This document shows positions 11,732 through 25,392 of a DNA stretch of 64,000 nucleotides, piece by piece. The stretch spans positions 10,761,465 through 10,825,464 of the forward strand of contig CAJINV010000002.1 in NCBI GenBank assembly GCA_905178155.1, given 5' to 3'. The stretch's first letter is position 1, and every line of letters begins with the position of its first letter. Under the pieces are notes generated by a model that saw nothing but the letters and a program-made list of their open reading frames with translations, had not been told where the DNA came from and did not search any database. The position numbers and the translations under genes are program-made. This DNA comes from Amoebophrya sp. A120 (Eukaryota; Protista; Dinoflagellata).

Positions 11732-14700
11732 CGCATTGCAAAGTGGAACTACGCGTGAAAACGAGAATGATGTAGTTGACAACCATAAAACTGGAATTCA
11801 GCTGCAGGAGCACAGATAGACATAGAATGATGTTACGGCAGGAAGTCCACGCTTACGCATTCTGATATGTTTGATTGTTGACCAAGAAAAAAGCACGGCA
11901 AATCGATGTCAATGTTGCCGGAAGTTATTTGCCCAGGTGAAAAATAGTAGAGAACACATTACATGTAGGAAAATCAGCATCGCTAGTACTGTGCGCAAGC
12001 AACGCTATCATTAACAACTTTACAACATTCCGACGCAACTTGATACGGCAGCCCGACATTCTAAGCTATGACGCAACGCAATTGAAACGATATCACTCAC
12101 CAACTGAGATAACTATCCGCTGGATGGAAAAACAAAAAGAATGGCTACAGAAACTGATGCCAAAAACATATTGCCCCGGCTTTGTACCGCTTTACTCGTT
12201 TGCTTTCTTGATGTTACAAGCGTTGCCATTAATATTTCTGACATCGGCTACTTCTAGGCGTACGATGATATTAAGAGAGCTGTATCTAGGTAAGTAGCTC
12301 GGTGTGGCGCGAATTTGTTTGAAGCATTTCGAGGGTACTAGTTTTGTAGTTCCGAGAGCTAGTAAGTGCCTTGTGTAAAATAAAGGGCTTTGCCGTTCCC
12401 TCCGTTCGTTTTCAAGCTCAGCACAAGGTTGTTGTTTGCGCTGCAGTTTTGCATCTAGTCCTCAACATCGATTTCATGCGACTGCGTCTCTGGTGCCACT
12501 GCTGTCGCGCAACAGGGGCCTACTTTGTGTAGCTTTTCCTAGCGGCGCGGGTACGTTTTGTTGCTGCGTTTGGCCACTAAAGCTATTCTTGTCCGCTTTC
12601 CTTCTCGTCCTCGTCCTGTCGCGAATATAGCCAAGTACTTCTTCCATTTCTACGCACGTTTTCATCAAATATAGTTGTTGTTTGCGTTTCTGCGTAGCAG
12701 GAGCTGCTACGCGTCTGTTAATTTTGGCAAGGATTGTGACGTTATGGCAAAAAGGAAGAAGTACCCCCTCCTTGTTCAGGAGGGACTCTGTTGCTCAGCG
12801 GAGAAACGGAGAAATCAATTCGGAAAAGATCGAGAAACAGCGAGTCGATAGTCACTCGAAAGTGAAGCGTTGCTTGCGCCTATCGATCAATAGCGAGAAT
12901 TAGCGCGATATGTTTGCCACTAATACTGCGCGGAAAGTGAACCAGAAGAACAAGAAGTCTTGTTTTGATGCTAGAATCTCCATGCTAGCTGCAAAGATAA
13001 TCAGTAAGTTTAGTTCTGTTCTCAAACGTTTTTACTCATTGTCACACCACCGAGACAAGCCACTTGATGGATAGACTTGACATATTCCATAGAGCAATTT
13101 GCTATGTCACTACACCCAACAAAGGTAACTGAAACCGGTTGCTGGATATCGAACTAGTATTCGAGATATGAAATGCAATTGACATCATGATGTTGATCCT
13201 ACTATCATCGACGTCGCCGACCTTTATAGAGGCGCGACTTAGCAGGCTGAAGATTTCTTGCCTTTGCAGTACTAGCGCAAGTTAGGAGGTTTAGTCGATA
13301 GTGGTGCAACTAAAATTCTGATGTAATTGCAGTTCAGACTGAGGAGGCAGGGTGATAATCGAATACCATGAATTCCGAAATCTACTATCGCCGGTGAAAT
13401 TTTAGTTCGATGCTGGGGCTGAATGAGACTGGTCTCGCATGGAATGAAAGCCTAGGTTTGAGTATCGGTCTGCGATAACGAATGATCTCGACTTCGAGAT
13501 CAACCTTCTCCTGCCTATCTCAGCGCATGAAAGATGAAACTTATCACCGAGAAGGTCGCTGAGTACAACTGTAGTTCAGAGTCTAGTAGTACCTTGTTTA
13601 TCTTCTTCAAAATTGTGCGTAAAAAGAGACTTGGATCTCTTGCCAAGTTGCTTTTATGCATGCATGCAAAACACAAAGAAACCAAGGATTCAGAATAGTC
13701 AGATTTCCATTATGTTGATTTGTCCTGCAAAATGAATGAACTGATAGGTGAAGTTGAAAATATGCGCACCACGAGCAGAAGCCACTTCCGCTTTTGGTGA
13801 GTCTTCGATGGCAAACAAGTAGGGTTCGTAAGAACTTCGTCGGACGAAGATCCCCGTAATTAAGTATATTGCATGAAACAGTGTCCTCGGCCTCACTATT
13901 TCATATTTTTTCTCAAGGCGTGCGTGTTTTGAAAGATCAACTTCTGCGACTGGACAAACGCGTGAAAAAGACAGATCTACATAACCCCATACTCAGTACC
14001 GCTTTTCATTATGACGCACACAAAAGATCCTTTTAGTTTTACCTTTTCGTATTCTTGCTCTTACGCAGCTGCAGCGCTGGAACGGAAGGATCAAACGCGT
14101 CGGACATAGAGCAGTGCCCTTTTCTGTGCAGCTGGGAGCACCGACAGAAGAAAACGATATACTGCAAGTTTTACAACATGCTTTTTCAGATTTGTCTCCC
14201 TTATCCACCATCTTCAACAGCGTCGCTGTGTTCTTTTTTTTTTAGATAGTGTAAGCGCCAATGCTCAATAGCAACCTGGATAATCTACTTTTTTTTGCGC
14301 CTCAATCGAATGATTTTAGAACAAAAGCCGGCGACTGTAGAAGTTTTGCTGGTGGATGTTTGCTACAACCTGCACTGCAACAGGGATGACGGACGTCTAA
14401 CCCTTCGAAATCACAGAAGAAAATCTTCACCTCCGCTGATATACTACCTGTCAATACAAGAAGCAAAGCGAAAGATAAAAACAGGGTAGGGAGGCCCCAC
14501 TGCACCTGTAAATTGGATACGTGCCCACGAGGACCGCTGCTCTACTTTCCCCTACACAACATTGAAGTTTTTCTTCCAGATCCATCTCCAGCGACAAAGA
14601 AGTTACGAACATGAGTACCGTACTTTCAAAGGCCAGCGGGTTTTACTTGATATTCTTGACGACGAATGTACAAAGCAGCAATTCTGTGGCTTGTTTCCGG

Positions 14701-14891
14701 CACCGAAACTCCTGTGGCTGCGCAGTCACTCAGGAGCAACATCTACGCTTCGAGAGCCGCTCCGACGCCTCGGCCGGCGGATGAGGATCACGAGGATCAT
14801 GCTGGAACGAGGAGGGCGACGAGAGGAGCACGCGAAGAGGCAGTCAGTGTCGAAGATGGAGATGCGTTCAGCGCCCGGGAGGGCAATGTAG

Positions 14892-17800
14892 ATGGACGAC
14901 GCGTTTCGTGTAGCAGGCCCTGGTGCGGCTGCAGTGCCAGTAGAAGGGCACGAGGACTCGTCGGAGTTTCTAGCGCACCCAGGTGCAGCGGGCGCCCCCA
15001 TCGTGTTGGAGACGCGCCGAGTGCGGTCGGGTTTGGAAGAAGAGCCGGGAACCGCTCCGAGAGTCCCGCTGGAGCACCACAGCAGTTGCTCGCCAACAAC
15101 GTCACCGGACGAAGATGTCGGAGCTGACAGCAGTAGCTGTAATGTCACCACGGCGACGCGCGGCGATGCTTTTGCTTACAGCGACCACCCGCATCAAAAA
15201 GGGGCGAGAATCAACAACGGCACAACTAATACTCACACGCAGCAGCAGCCCGATAGTGGCGGCTTCTTCTACCGGGGAGCTGGAGCTGGCCCCCATCCAC
15301 CGCATCAAGTTTCTTCTTGCGCGCAGGCGCAATATCAGCTGCCTGGCGCACTTACCACGTCGTCTTTGTCGCACCATATTAAACATGGTGCCGGCAGCAT
15401 CGACGCACCGCCAGGTTCGACTTCTGCAAGCTGGTCCTCGATGCAGAAATCTACAGGAGCACCGGACACGCGGCAACAGGCCGCGGCGCCGGACAACTTC
15501 TTCTCTCAGCCCAGCACGACGAACTGCTCGGCCTATGTCGATCAGTGGCGGGGCGGGCGGCCACAGTTGTCCTCACTGAGAGGTGATAAGAAAGCGACCA
15601 TGCTGGGAGACGGTACAGGCGGGTATCGATGCGGAACTAGAACGACTGATCATCCAGAGATAAATGTTCTTGCAAACACAGCGAATCCTCCGCCTGCAGC
15701 CCTGCAGCAGACTGGGGAGGGACGCGGCGTTCAGATGCTGCACAACTTTTCGGCAACGCAAAACGGGCTCAATTATGATACCGAAGCAAACCCAAACGAG
15801 GCCCAACAACTCTCGGCGGCAGGACATAAGTCGCGTTCTTCCGACCAATTGCCGGTCTGGCGGGGTAGTGGTAAGCAGCGACATCAGCAACACAACGGCT
15901 TCTACAAAGGTGCCTCAATCATGACGTCCGGCGTGGCACCGCATGCGAATGGCACTGGGCCCGGAGCAGCGATTGGAGTAGTGAGTTCAGTCGCTGCTCC
16001 TGCAGTGAATGATGGCGAGTTTGGAAAGATAAACAATGGCCTGACGACGAATGGTAGAAACGCATCGCCGGGCGCCACTGGTGGAGGCTCTGCTCCTACG
16101 TCGTTCGTGCAGCAGCAGCAGCGGCACAGGTATAATAACAAGACCACTTCTACTTCCTCGTCGCATAAGATGCAACACACGCGTTACAAAGGCAGCAACT
16201 TCGCCGCCCCTCTGGGGACCGGTTGTCGTCGTCTGTACCCCTCGTTCTCGCCGACCAACACCACGCCCGCAGCGGTTGACACCGGTGCCGTGCTGAATCG
16301 GCGGGGCGGCCGGTACAGCATGTCATCCTCCCCACTGCTCGCGCCGCGTCCACGGCCGCACGTTTATCACGCACAGGATGTCATCCCACAGGATTCGCAG
16401 TTTCTTGAGCGTTCGAATCACGACAATGAGCTCCATCACGATACTAAGCACGACGACCTCGACCATCGAGGGTATTCCAAAGACGACTTGACTGGCACGG
16501 ACTTGTTCGGAAACGGATCTTCCGCGGCAAACGCGCAGGAGTTGAGCAGGTCGTCGTTGCGCGGGCACAGCAAAAATGGGTGTGCTGCCGTAATAAAGCT
16601 GGTCGCGACCTCCTCACACGACCCGACCTTGAGTTGTTCTAGTTCGCACCTCCAGAACTCTAGTAGGGGAGCAGGAGTCGGCGGAATAAAAGGTGGGAAC
16701 CGGTATCCGCCGGTACTGCCGTCGACCCGGCATGGCCGGCGGATGCGGCAGCACGTCCGGGGAGGTGCCGCAGGAAATGCAGCAGCAAACGCAACAGCAG
16801 CGCGGGTCGTCGGTGCGAACTCACAAAACCTTCGCGGCCTTTGTGGAGGAGATGGTACATCAGGGGGTGCCGCAGCAAATAACGGAATGACGTCGAACAG
16901 CTGTGGCGGCGCAGCAACAGCCACAACGGGGCTGGAGCAGCTGCTGAACTACCACGGTGTCGTCGACTACACGTCCAGTAGTACGACGACAACTCCGAAC
17001 TCTGCTACCCCGGCGAACAGCGCGACGCCAACTCTGGCGATGTCTTCTACGCCCAACTCCACCGCCTCGCCGGCACTCCTTGCACCCGCCCAGCCCCCGC
17101 AGTTCTATCACCTGCTTCCCGCCGTGTCAGAGGGCGCCTGGAGCGCGGAACAGGAGGACAGTGCGTTGCAGGCCCAGGAAACTACACAGCAGCACACGGT
17201 CTTGACGAGCCGCACTTCGCACGGACAGCACACGCCACAGACGGAGCACCGCCGCATGATGCGTCCGCACTCGCAGCAGTCTGCGAACGGGGGTGGTGGC
17301 GACAGCGACGCGGCCGCTCTGCTCGGCGCGCTGGCGTGCCGATCGGTGCGCGCGGATCGGCGTTTCGGGGATCGTCGAAACTCGTCGTCCAACGGTTCTG
17401 TCTGCGTTACCTCCTCGTCCAATTCGAACAAGACGAAGGGAGCTGCAATGTTGAACCGCAGTTCTCCGTGCTACAACTCCTGCCCTTCGGACGTAGACGG
17501 TCCGCGCTCCCGCCCGCTTGCGTCGACACCGGGCGCGGTGCTACAGAGGGGGAAGACGGGGCGCGGTCGATTCGGCAACGCGGCCAACGGCAACACAACA
17601 AAAGAGGACGCAAGCGAAGTGACCGTCCCGTCGCCGCAGCTGCGGCCGGCAGCACACCTGAAGCGCGCCTCGTTCCCCGGCGGAGGGGGCACGAACAACC
17701 TCTCTGGAACGCAATCCTCAACGTCCTCCTCCGCGTCTCGTGCGCTCGCGTCCACACGGCCGTCCTGCGATCGACTGCAGCACATCTCGCTGGGTCCGCG

Positions 17801-20800
17801 CGCGGCTGCTGCGGGTGGGATGTCTGCCACGACAGCGTCGACAGCGTCCGTGCTACCGGGCACAATGTCCCTTGGGAAGTTGCCTGCGACGTCCAGCAAC
17901 ACATCGCCGCAGTACAACAATGCAAACGGAAATAATCCCACTGCCATCGGGTTCGTGGCCTACAATCCTAGCCTGGCGAAGCAGCATAGTCCGTGTTGCC
18001 TAACGGCGGGAAGCAGTCCGCACAGCTCCTCCGAGTTTTCGGGCGGGACACCCATTGGCACGACGAGCAGTACGAACCTGGTGCAGCGCTACAAGTACCC
18101 AACGCTGCCGCCGATCTCGTCCATGGACCTGCGCGACCGGGGCTGGCTCCCTTCTGAGGATGACACCCGGTTTGCGAACTTCGACGCCGCCTCCGACGAG
18201 GCCCAGCACACGTCTGGATACACCAATCAGGAGGGCAAGTCGGGCGGCCAGGGGGCAGTGCTACATTCCACCGATGAGACCGAAAGCGCGAACAACACTC
18301 ATTCGACGGAGCGTGTTGCCGAACGTAACAGGTGGGGGTCCTCCGCATTGCGCGGCCCGGTAAAGACCCTTCTGGCTTTGCCTCCAGCGAGTAACAGCAC
18401 GGCGCACCCACTACCACCCGGTGCAAAGGAGCCCGTGGGCGGCAGTTGCCACATTGACGAACGGCGCGAGACGCCGGTGAGAGGGGCCCGGGGTGCGATC
18501 GGACTCGCCGACGCGGTTCCTTCACCTGACCGTGATGTGGCCGGAGCTGTCGCCCCCGTGGAGGGTGCTCCCTCAAACTCTAAGTCCATCGGGGAGCTAA
18601 ACGAGTATAGCCAGAAAGTGATGGACCTGACGAGCGACGACCGCATGATGCATGACCGGGGAGCTGGGGACAGCGGCGAGGGTTTTGGCCCGAGTCTGCG
18701 TCCCACGTGCGCGCAGGCGTCTTCCTTTCATCTACCCGCGACCAGGCAGGAGGAGGGGTGCGGGACCGATCGGTCCGTCGGGCGCGTCAAGGGGACTACA
18801 CTAAACGAGCACCAAACCAGTACTCCGGTAGCGCACCAGAACGGCAGCGATGGGTCGGACGTGCAGCGTGCCGGTTTGTTTCCAGTTTTGAACGGCGACG
18901 GAAGCAGTGGCGCAAATGGGCGCACGCGGGGCAGTTACCCGGTCGTTTGGAAAAGTGAGGAGATGAACCAGCCGACGTGGCAAAACTTGCAAAAGCCCAG
19001 CAGTGTCGACGAGTACCCGTCTATTGTGGCCCAGTATCAGAGCCAGATCCACCTGGAGCACGGCTTCGTCATCTCTTCGTCCGCGAACAACCCCGGAGGC
19101 GGTGGGCAGGCCTCGGGGCGTGGAGGTTTGCCACACAAGCCTGCAAACACCGTAGTGGCGTGGCAGCCAGAACCAGAGACCCAAGTTGTGGAGCACTTAC
19201 CTCCGCCGCGGTTCGGGAGGGACAGCCCGCAAGTTGCACGGACCGCGTCGCTCCGGTCTCCGCGGTCCCCGCGCTCGCCTGCGGGTATCACGCCCGAAGG
19301 CGACGACCGTTTTCGATCCTGCAGGAAGCACCAGCTTGGGGGGCCTCCAGAGTGCGACCCGGAGAGTCTCATGGGTGCTGAAGGTACGGAATTTAATATA
19401 GATAGATGCTTGTTGTTGTTCTACTGTAGCAAGAGGTCGTTACATCCCCACTGCTGATGTTTATAGCAGTTTGGTTTGGATTTGTAGTTGCAGCAAGTTT
19501 TATAATTGAATTTGTCGGTCGTCCTTTTCGCATTGAAAGTATTTACCTGATTACACCAGCCTGCTCTGTGCTCCACCCGGGAGGTGTACCAGATCCGAGC
19601 GACGGAGTAATCACGGCGTTCTCATGCGGCCTGGCACCAAGCGCGCTTTGGGTGATAGTTCTGGTTGGTGTTGTGGTGGTGTCGTGCGCGGGCCTTGCTT
19701 GCAGTGTCGGGTTTTATGCCTATTTCAACACTGGCTCAGCGCACATTGAAAATCCGCACCACTGGATCCTTACGAATGATGACCACTGGTGGTCAGTTCC
19801 CGGACCCGGTACCGATACTAACGAGGGTCCTGGTACAACTGTCGAGCCTCCGAGTAGTGGCGGAGGTGCAGAATCCGGTGGTCCTCCACCACCACCTCCT
19901 CCTCCCCCGCCGCCCCCACCGCCCGGGGGTGGCGGCGGAGGAGGTGGTGGTGGACCTCCAAACCTTCCTGGAGGCCCAGTTCCAGCAGTAGCAGCTGCAC
20001 CCGCTCCGCAGGCGGCAGGACTTGGCGCGGGCGCCGTGCCGCCGGCTGCCGTCGTAGTGAATGCGGGTGGAGGGCCCCCTCCGAGTTCGATCGTCGTACC
20101 TGTAAATCAGCCAGGTTCATCCTCGTCAACAGCCCAGCCGCCAGTCGTGGGGTCGAGTACACAGCACGTGTCGTCGCACCCGAGTCAACTACCCGTACTT
20201 GTCAACACGAATGCGCCACCTCAACTACCCGCGGCGACACCACCCACAAGTTTCGTTGCTGCCGGGGCACAGCAAGCACATGCGGAGCCAACACCTGCGG
20301 CGGAGCCGCATCTGACCGACGCTCCAGCAACATCAGTGCTCACTACACCGCAGCCACCCGCACCGGGCGGCGAGTCCGCTCCGCCGTCACGCGGGGCGGT
20401 TTTGCTCGGTGAGCCGCCTCCGGTGACTCCGTCGCTGCGGCCGGCGCTCGAACCGGGGACCCCGCAGCTCTTACCTGCTGCGCCTGGGTCCCGTGGCGGG
20501 ATTGCAAATGCGCCAGCGTCGCCGGGCAGCAACAGCTTCCTCGCCACCAATAATCCCTCGTGGGTGCGCAACACTTCAGCGGGTGCGGGTGCAAACTCGG
20601 TCTCGTCCCCGCAGGGCAGATCTTCGGGTGGGCCGCCGAGGTCGCACGGCCGATCGTCATCCAGTCGAACGGAGCACGGCACGCACATCCATTCGCCCAG
20701 GACGAACAATCCCGCAGCGCCGCCAGGGCATCAAGGGGCAAGCCATCAAAGCGGAGGATTGTCTCAGCATCATTCGCAAAGGGGGTCTAGTAGTAGTGGG

Positions 20801-21733
20801 CACGGAGGAGCGGCGAATGCAAACTACAGCCAGCACAGTCACAGCCGCAGTGGCGGCGGAGGCCCCCCCGGCTCCCAAACACAGTCTGCAACAAGAGGAC
20901 CTACTAGCAATTTCGTCTCCAGCCCTCTGCTGCTCGCGAGTTCGAATCCACCATCAAACAATCCCCCACAGAGTCCGCCATTGTTAGTCGAAGGTACTGC
21001 GACACCGGGAGTAGATCCCCATGCCCAGCAGCACGCTTTCAACTCCGGCAGTAGAAGCGGCAGGTCCGGCTCGGTGCAGCCGCACCGTCCTTCGCAGCGC
21101 CGGTCGCCAAGCCCGGCAGCAGCCGATACGTCCAGTCATGACCACCACTCCTCGCAACGCGGCCATTCCCGCTATCCTCCGCGAGCGATTCCGGCACCGC
21201 GCCCGCCACCGCGACACGCACAGGCGGAGCAGCCACCGCCTGCCGGTACAATGGGCCCCCGGCCGCCGGCGGCGCCGCGTGCGCGTCCGTATGACCACCC
21301 GCTGCAGCCGCCTCCCGCCGCCCCCGGACCGACGCCCAATCTGCAACACGCGGCAGACCCACCACCTCCCATGGGGGAAGTCGGTGGTTCGGATCTCATG
21401 GACCTCCTTGTCGACTTCCAACTTCCCGAAGCCGCAGTGCCCGCGGCCGCGGAGCGCAGAATAAGTTCCGGGTCCCCGGCGCGGGCTCAACCGGACGGGT
21501 CGCCTCCCTCTTCAGCGGGGGCAACGAGCGGCGACGATGCGGAAGGAGAAGCACGGGAAGCCGCACTTAGCGAGTTCAGGCGACGTTTCAAGCCGGAGTA
21601 CTATGCGGCGCAGCTGCGCGCCAACCAGGAGATACGCCAGTCACCGTCGTTGGGGCCGCAAGCGGATCCTCCACCAACTGCAGCCGCAGCAAGTAACCCC
21701 GCTGCCGCGTCATCAAGTAGTGGCCAGCAATGA
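14892..21733 (+). CDS. ~2200-aa low-complexity protein with one transmembrane helix and Pro-rich tail (intron 19384-19592 or 19384-19559)
   Basis: ORFs 14892-19457 and 19457-21733 join in frame through a phase-1 GT-AG intron. TM segment ALWVIVLVGVVVVSCAGLACSVGFYAYF; poly-Pro and poly-Gly run at ~19880-19955. Confidence 0.6.
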
Positions 21734-21883
21734 CAACACAGAATTCCCCTCCCCCGATAGCATACACTGGAGTAGATGGATTTTAGACGTACATGCTTTT
21801 TATGCTCCCTCGTACTCCCTCTCCCCCATGGTTTGTATTTGTTTATGTTAATCTATCGAGTGAGCATCACCCTTGCGTTATCC

Positions 21884-22122
21884 GCTGTAATAAATAAACA
21901 TTGAACTGGCTGCTATTCGTATGATCCTGCTCTCTCGTGATTGTGTTTCTTTCTCTAGCTATTCGTCTCCCCGGGGAAAATAGCTATTCGTCATCGTAAA
22001 ACTACGTAAAGCTTTCCACGATCTACGTATGTCGCGTCCCCGGACGCTTTCGGGCTTCACACCTGACTACTCCGCTCCGGCGGATACGTCATCAGGAATT
22101 TGATTTTCCGAAATCTTTTTCC
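21884..22122 (+). repeat. Split direct repeat A1 (239 bp)
   Basis: Identical by eye to 35927-36165. Confidence 0.95.
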
Positions 22123-22753
22123 GGCATCGGGCCTGTCGTCCTTGTATTCTTGCTGGTCCTGTCTCAGGTTCCCGCTAAGAACACAACGTCTTCAGGTTGT
22201 CTCGGAGGGGACGTCACGATCTCAGCCTCCTCCCCTTCTTGCGCTGCAAGTCGGGTCGAGCTGGCTGTGTGCCATCCGTGGTAGCTTTCTTGTGTGTGAT
22301 CTATGATAAATCTCCGGAGCCCTCTCGTTCACTTCAAGCGTTTCTCTTCGCATGCATCAGTCGTTTCGAGACCGACTAGATTTTCTCGCCGGGGTGTTCG
22401 AACCCGCCGGGCGCAGGGCCTTTGCACGCCCCCTTTACGCTTACAGTCGATGTTGCCAAAGATCATTACTACTAACGACGTCTCCACGCGCACCACCACC
22501 GGCACGATGAGGTGGCTTGTTCCATGCGACCTTCCCGGATCCCACGTTCATTTTCACTTTCTGTCCCAGCGCTCGCAGCGCCGCGTTGGTTTTTCACCAC
22601 ATGATCGGACTTGTCTCCTGTACTCTCAGCTCTATGGCACCGTAGTGTTGTTGATCTTCTAGCCGGTAGCTCACTCTGGTAGTATCGCGATCCAATTAGC
22701 AGACGTGTCTTCCTTTTTCCTAAGCATTTCTGTCTCTCTATCGCCGGGACACC

Positions 22754-23722
22754 ATGACGTTAGCCTTCGAGGATATTGCGATGCTGGCAGTCGCATACTG
22801 CGCGGTGCTATTCATCCAGCATTTGATCGAACGCTCTAAGATCCTAGAGCCGCGGACGACTAGGGCGGCCAGCACGCAGGCACCGGTTTCCAAGCCGACC
22901 GCCCTCAGCTTTTTCGGAGTCAACCAGCTAGTAGAGGGACGCCAGTTTTACCGGACGTCGTCCGTCCGCCATTACACAAGCCAGGGACGTTTCGAGTACT
23001 TCGATTTTTATTTTAGTAAGCCGAGTACTGCTCGAGCACCTGTCGTCACCTCCACATGAATATCATGATTCCCCGATAGTACATCGACGCACTTCAATTT
23101 TATATTGCACCTACATCACAGGTTCAACATCGAAGCGAAGCACGGATTCAAGCCGGGCTGCCGGATCGAGCTTACCAGGAAGCAGGTCCAGAACGTTATT
23201 GAAGGACTTTGGTCCGATCTCGTATCGCACTTCTGCGATCGCGCGTCCGATACCGTCGAACGGAGACTGATGTATTATTTACCTTTTCTCTCTCATTCGG
23301 TTGACTGCTTATGCTGATCACGCATGCCTTTTGCTCCACCCTGTAGTTTCGCTAACCCCATGATCTTCGCATTGAGATAACGATCTCTTCACCACACCAC
23401 CAGGCGGGTGCTGATCCTGCGCAAAATGGTGTACTCGAAGCCCATCCACACACCGCTCATTGTGCTAGTCCTCACCGAATTCATTCGCAGCGAGAATTTC
23501 AAGCGCACCTGCTTACCGCAGATGTCGATCCCGCAGCTTTCCGGGGACGTGTTGCAAGGTGACGGTGACTCGCAGCTGGTCAAGAAGCGCCCGATCACGG
23601 TGGATTTGTTGTACGGGGAAGTGCACAAGATTAAGAAGGAAATCAGCCTCTTCTTCTTAACTTTTCGGAGCGACAACGAAGAGGTGGAAGAGCAAACCAC
23701 CGCGGACTACGAGTCTGATTGA
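22754..23722 (+). CDS. Element-borne accessory protein of unknown function, hydrophobic N-terminus (predicted introns 22996-23121, 23272-23403)
   Basis: Two phase-2 GT-AG introns of 126 and 132 nt join ORF-track fragments 22754, 23105 and 23408 into one reading frame. Confidence 0.55.
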
Positions 23723-24373
23723 GGTGCAGATGTGCATCTGTTTCTCCCTAGTGATAGCTAGGCTCTTCGCCTGACCGCAGAGTCAGCTCACATTGACGTC
23801 ACCGATGTTGTCAAGCTATTTTACACGATATATGAAACTCGAGACAGATTTTGACACACGCCACTACCAGCTCCTTGATCATACTTTTCAGGCCAGTCGA
23901 TATATGTGTATCCTGACCATCCTCCCGATATTGAAAGAACCTTGAGCACGACAGCGATCGGCGCCTTTTGATTGCATCCGAGTTCTAGTTCTTCGCGTTT
24001 GCGTCCCATTTGGGTTTTTGCACATTTCCACCGAGAGATCTCAGTTGCAGCAAGCGGGCATGTTGAGACCATGGAGCGGTTTTCTTGAGAGTGTGTATGT
24101 GAGCAACGCGAGAGAAACAGCTTCCTGGCTGTAGAGTGCACAACAGAATTTTTGTGTTTCAGATAACATTGCACTTTCGACAATTTGATATAATGTATTT
24201 CTTAGCAGAATATAGTAGACTTCAGCAAAAGCACATGCCGCGCGCGCGTTCTTCCTCACTCCATTTCAGCCATCACCGCAGCCAAGATTTATCGAGTGCT
24301 CTTGCGCAGGTATCGACCACCGCCCGCGTCAGCACGACCAGCGTCATTCATGATTGCTACTATTTTCTCGTAG

Positions 24374-24733
24374 ATGTCGCAGCTGTATACGTTCGAAGCT
24401 CAGGCAGGCGCAACGTCTATTATTAGTTGCAAAGGACCGTGTAACAACTCTTTTCGCATCAGGGTCGTCACTTCAGATCTAGAAAAAAGGATCACGTACC
24501 TCGGTGGGGAACTAGCCAAATGGCAAGCAAAATCTCTTGAGTTAGAAGAATTAGTAGCTGAATTGCGTGACCAGATAGAAAGCCTAGAGTTTAGCCTGCA
24601 GTGTAAAAACGAAGCCATCACAGCTCTTAAGGACCGAAACTCTCGCCTCCATAACATTCGACTTAACGGGGTAAAACCGGTTAGAATTGAGAACCCGCCA
24701 AAGGTGCCCATCCCAGACGACAGAGATTTTTGA
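24374..24733 (+). CDS. Element-borne small coiled-coil ORF
   Basis: 119-aa ORF with heptad stretch LEKRITYLGGELAKWQAKSLELEELVAELRDQIESLE. Confidence 0.45.
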   Translation: MSQLYTFEAQAGATSIISCKGPCNNSFRIRVVTSDLEKRITYLGGELAKWQAKSLELEELVAELRDQIESLEFSLQCKNEAITALKDRNSRLHNIRLNGVKPVRIENPPKVPIPDDRDF

Positions 24734-24786
24734 TTTTGTAAGTCAGGCTCTACTGCGATTATTCAGCTTTGTTTCTCTCGTGCGTC

Positions 24787-25371
24787 ATGGACTACTACGA
24801 CCCTCCAGATACGACATTTTACAGATCTGATCTTCCACAGTTCGGGCAGAACGTGGCCGTATGGCCAAGTAGCCACGTTAGACGTGACGGCTCCCTGCAG
24901 GCACCAACTTCATTGCCATATTTTTCACAGCCTACCCCTGTATTACGCCCATCGCGAGCAGAGTATCTTCGCAATCCGTTTCGAGTCACGCCGTTCTTAG
25001 TTAGCGTTAATCCAGACGCGAGAGTTTATTACACGCAGTTTGGAATTTGGGTCGTTCTCGATCTTTACATCTTAGACAGCAGATTAGCCTACGAACTCGT
25101 GTTTGAATTCTCTGGAGAGGGATACCTTCGCGGTTTCCACGGATCCCGCGAGCACCACAGAGACCACACTTCCTACCGGTACGAGAGCCGAGGGGAAAGT
25201 TACACGCAGCTGAACTACCACCCCACCGAGCCCTACCCCTACCGCGAACCCGACCAGCATCCGCCGGGACCCGCCGAGCGTGATTTCGCACACGTAGCGT
25301 GGCAGCGCGAGCGCGCGAACTTCTTCCCTCTCCCATTCGGTCTTCCTTCTTCCAGTTCGACCTCAGAATAG
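24787..25371 (+). CDS. Element-borne ORF of unknown function
   Basis: ~194-aa ORF ending 21 nt before the gag-like start. No motif recognised. Confidence 0.4.
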   Translation: MDYYDPPDTTFYRSDLPQFGQNVAVWPSSHVRRDGSLQAPTSLPYFSQPTPVLRPSRAEYLRNPFRVTPFLVSVNPDARVYYTQFGIWVVLDLYILDSRLAYELVFEFSGEGYLRGFHGSREHHRDHTSYRYESRGESYTQLNYHPTEPYPYREPDQHPPGPAERDFAHVAWQRERANFFPLPFGLPSSSSTSE

Positions 25372-25392
25372 CCACGTCGCATTGGCTCCAGC

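Noticed and set aside
11750-14800. Short ORFs in the intergenic region (also 6650-8800)
   Set aside because: No recognisable motifs or convincing exon chain; left unannotated.
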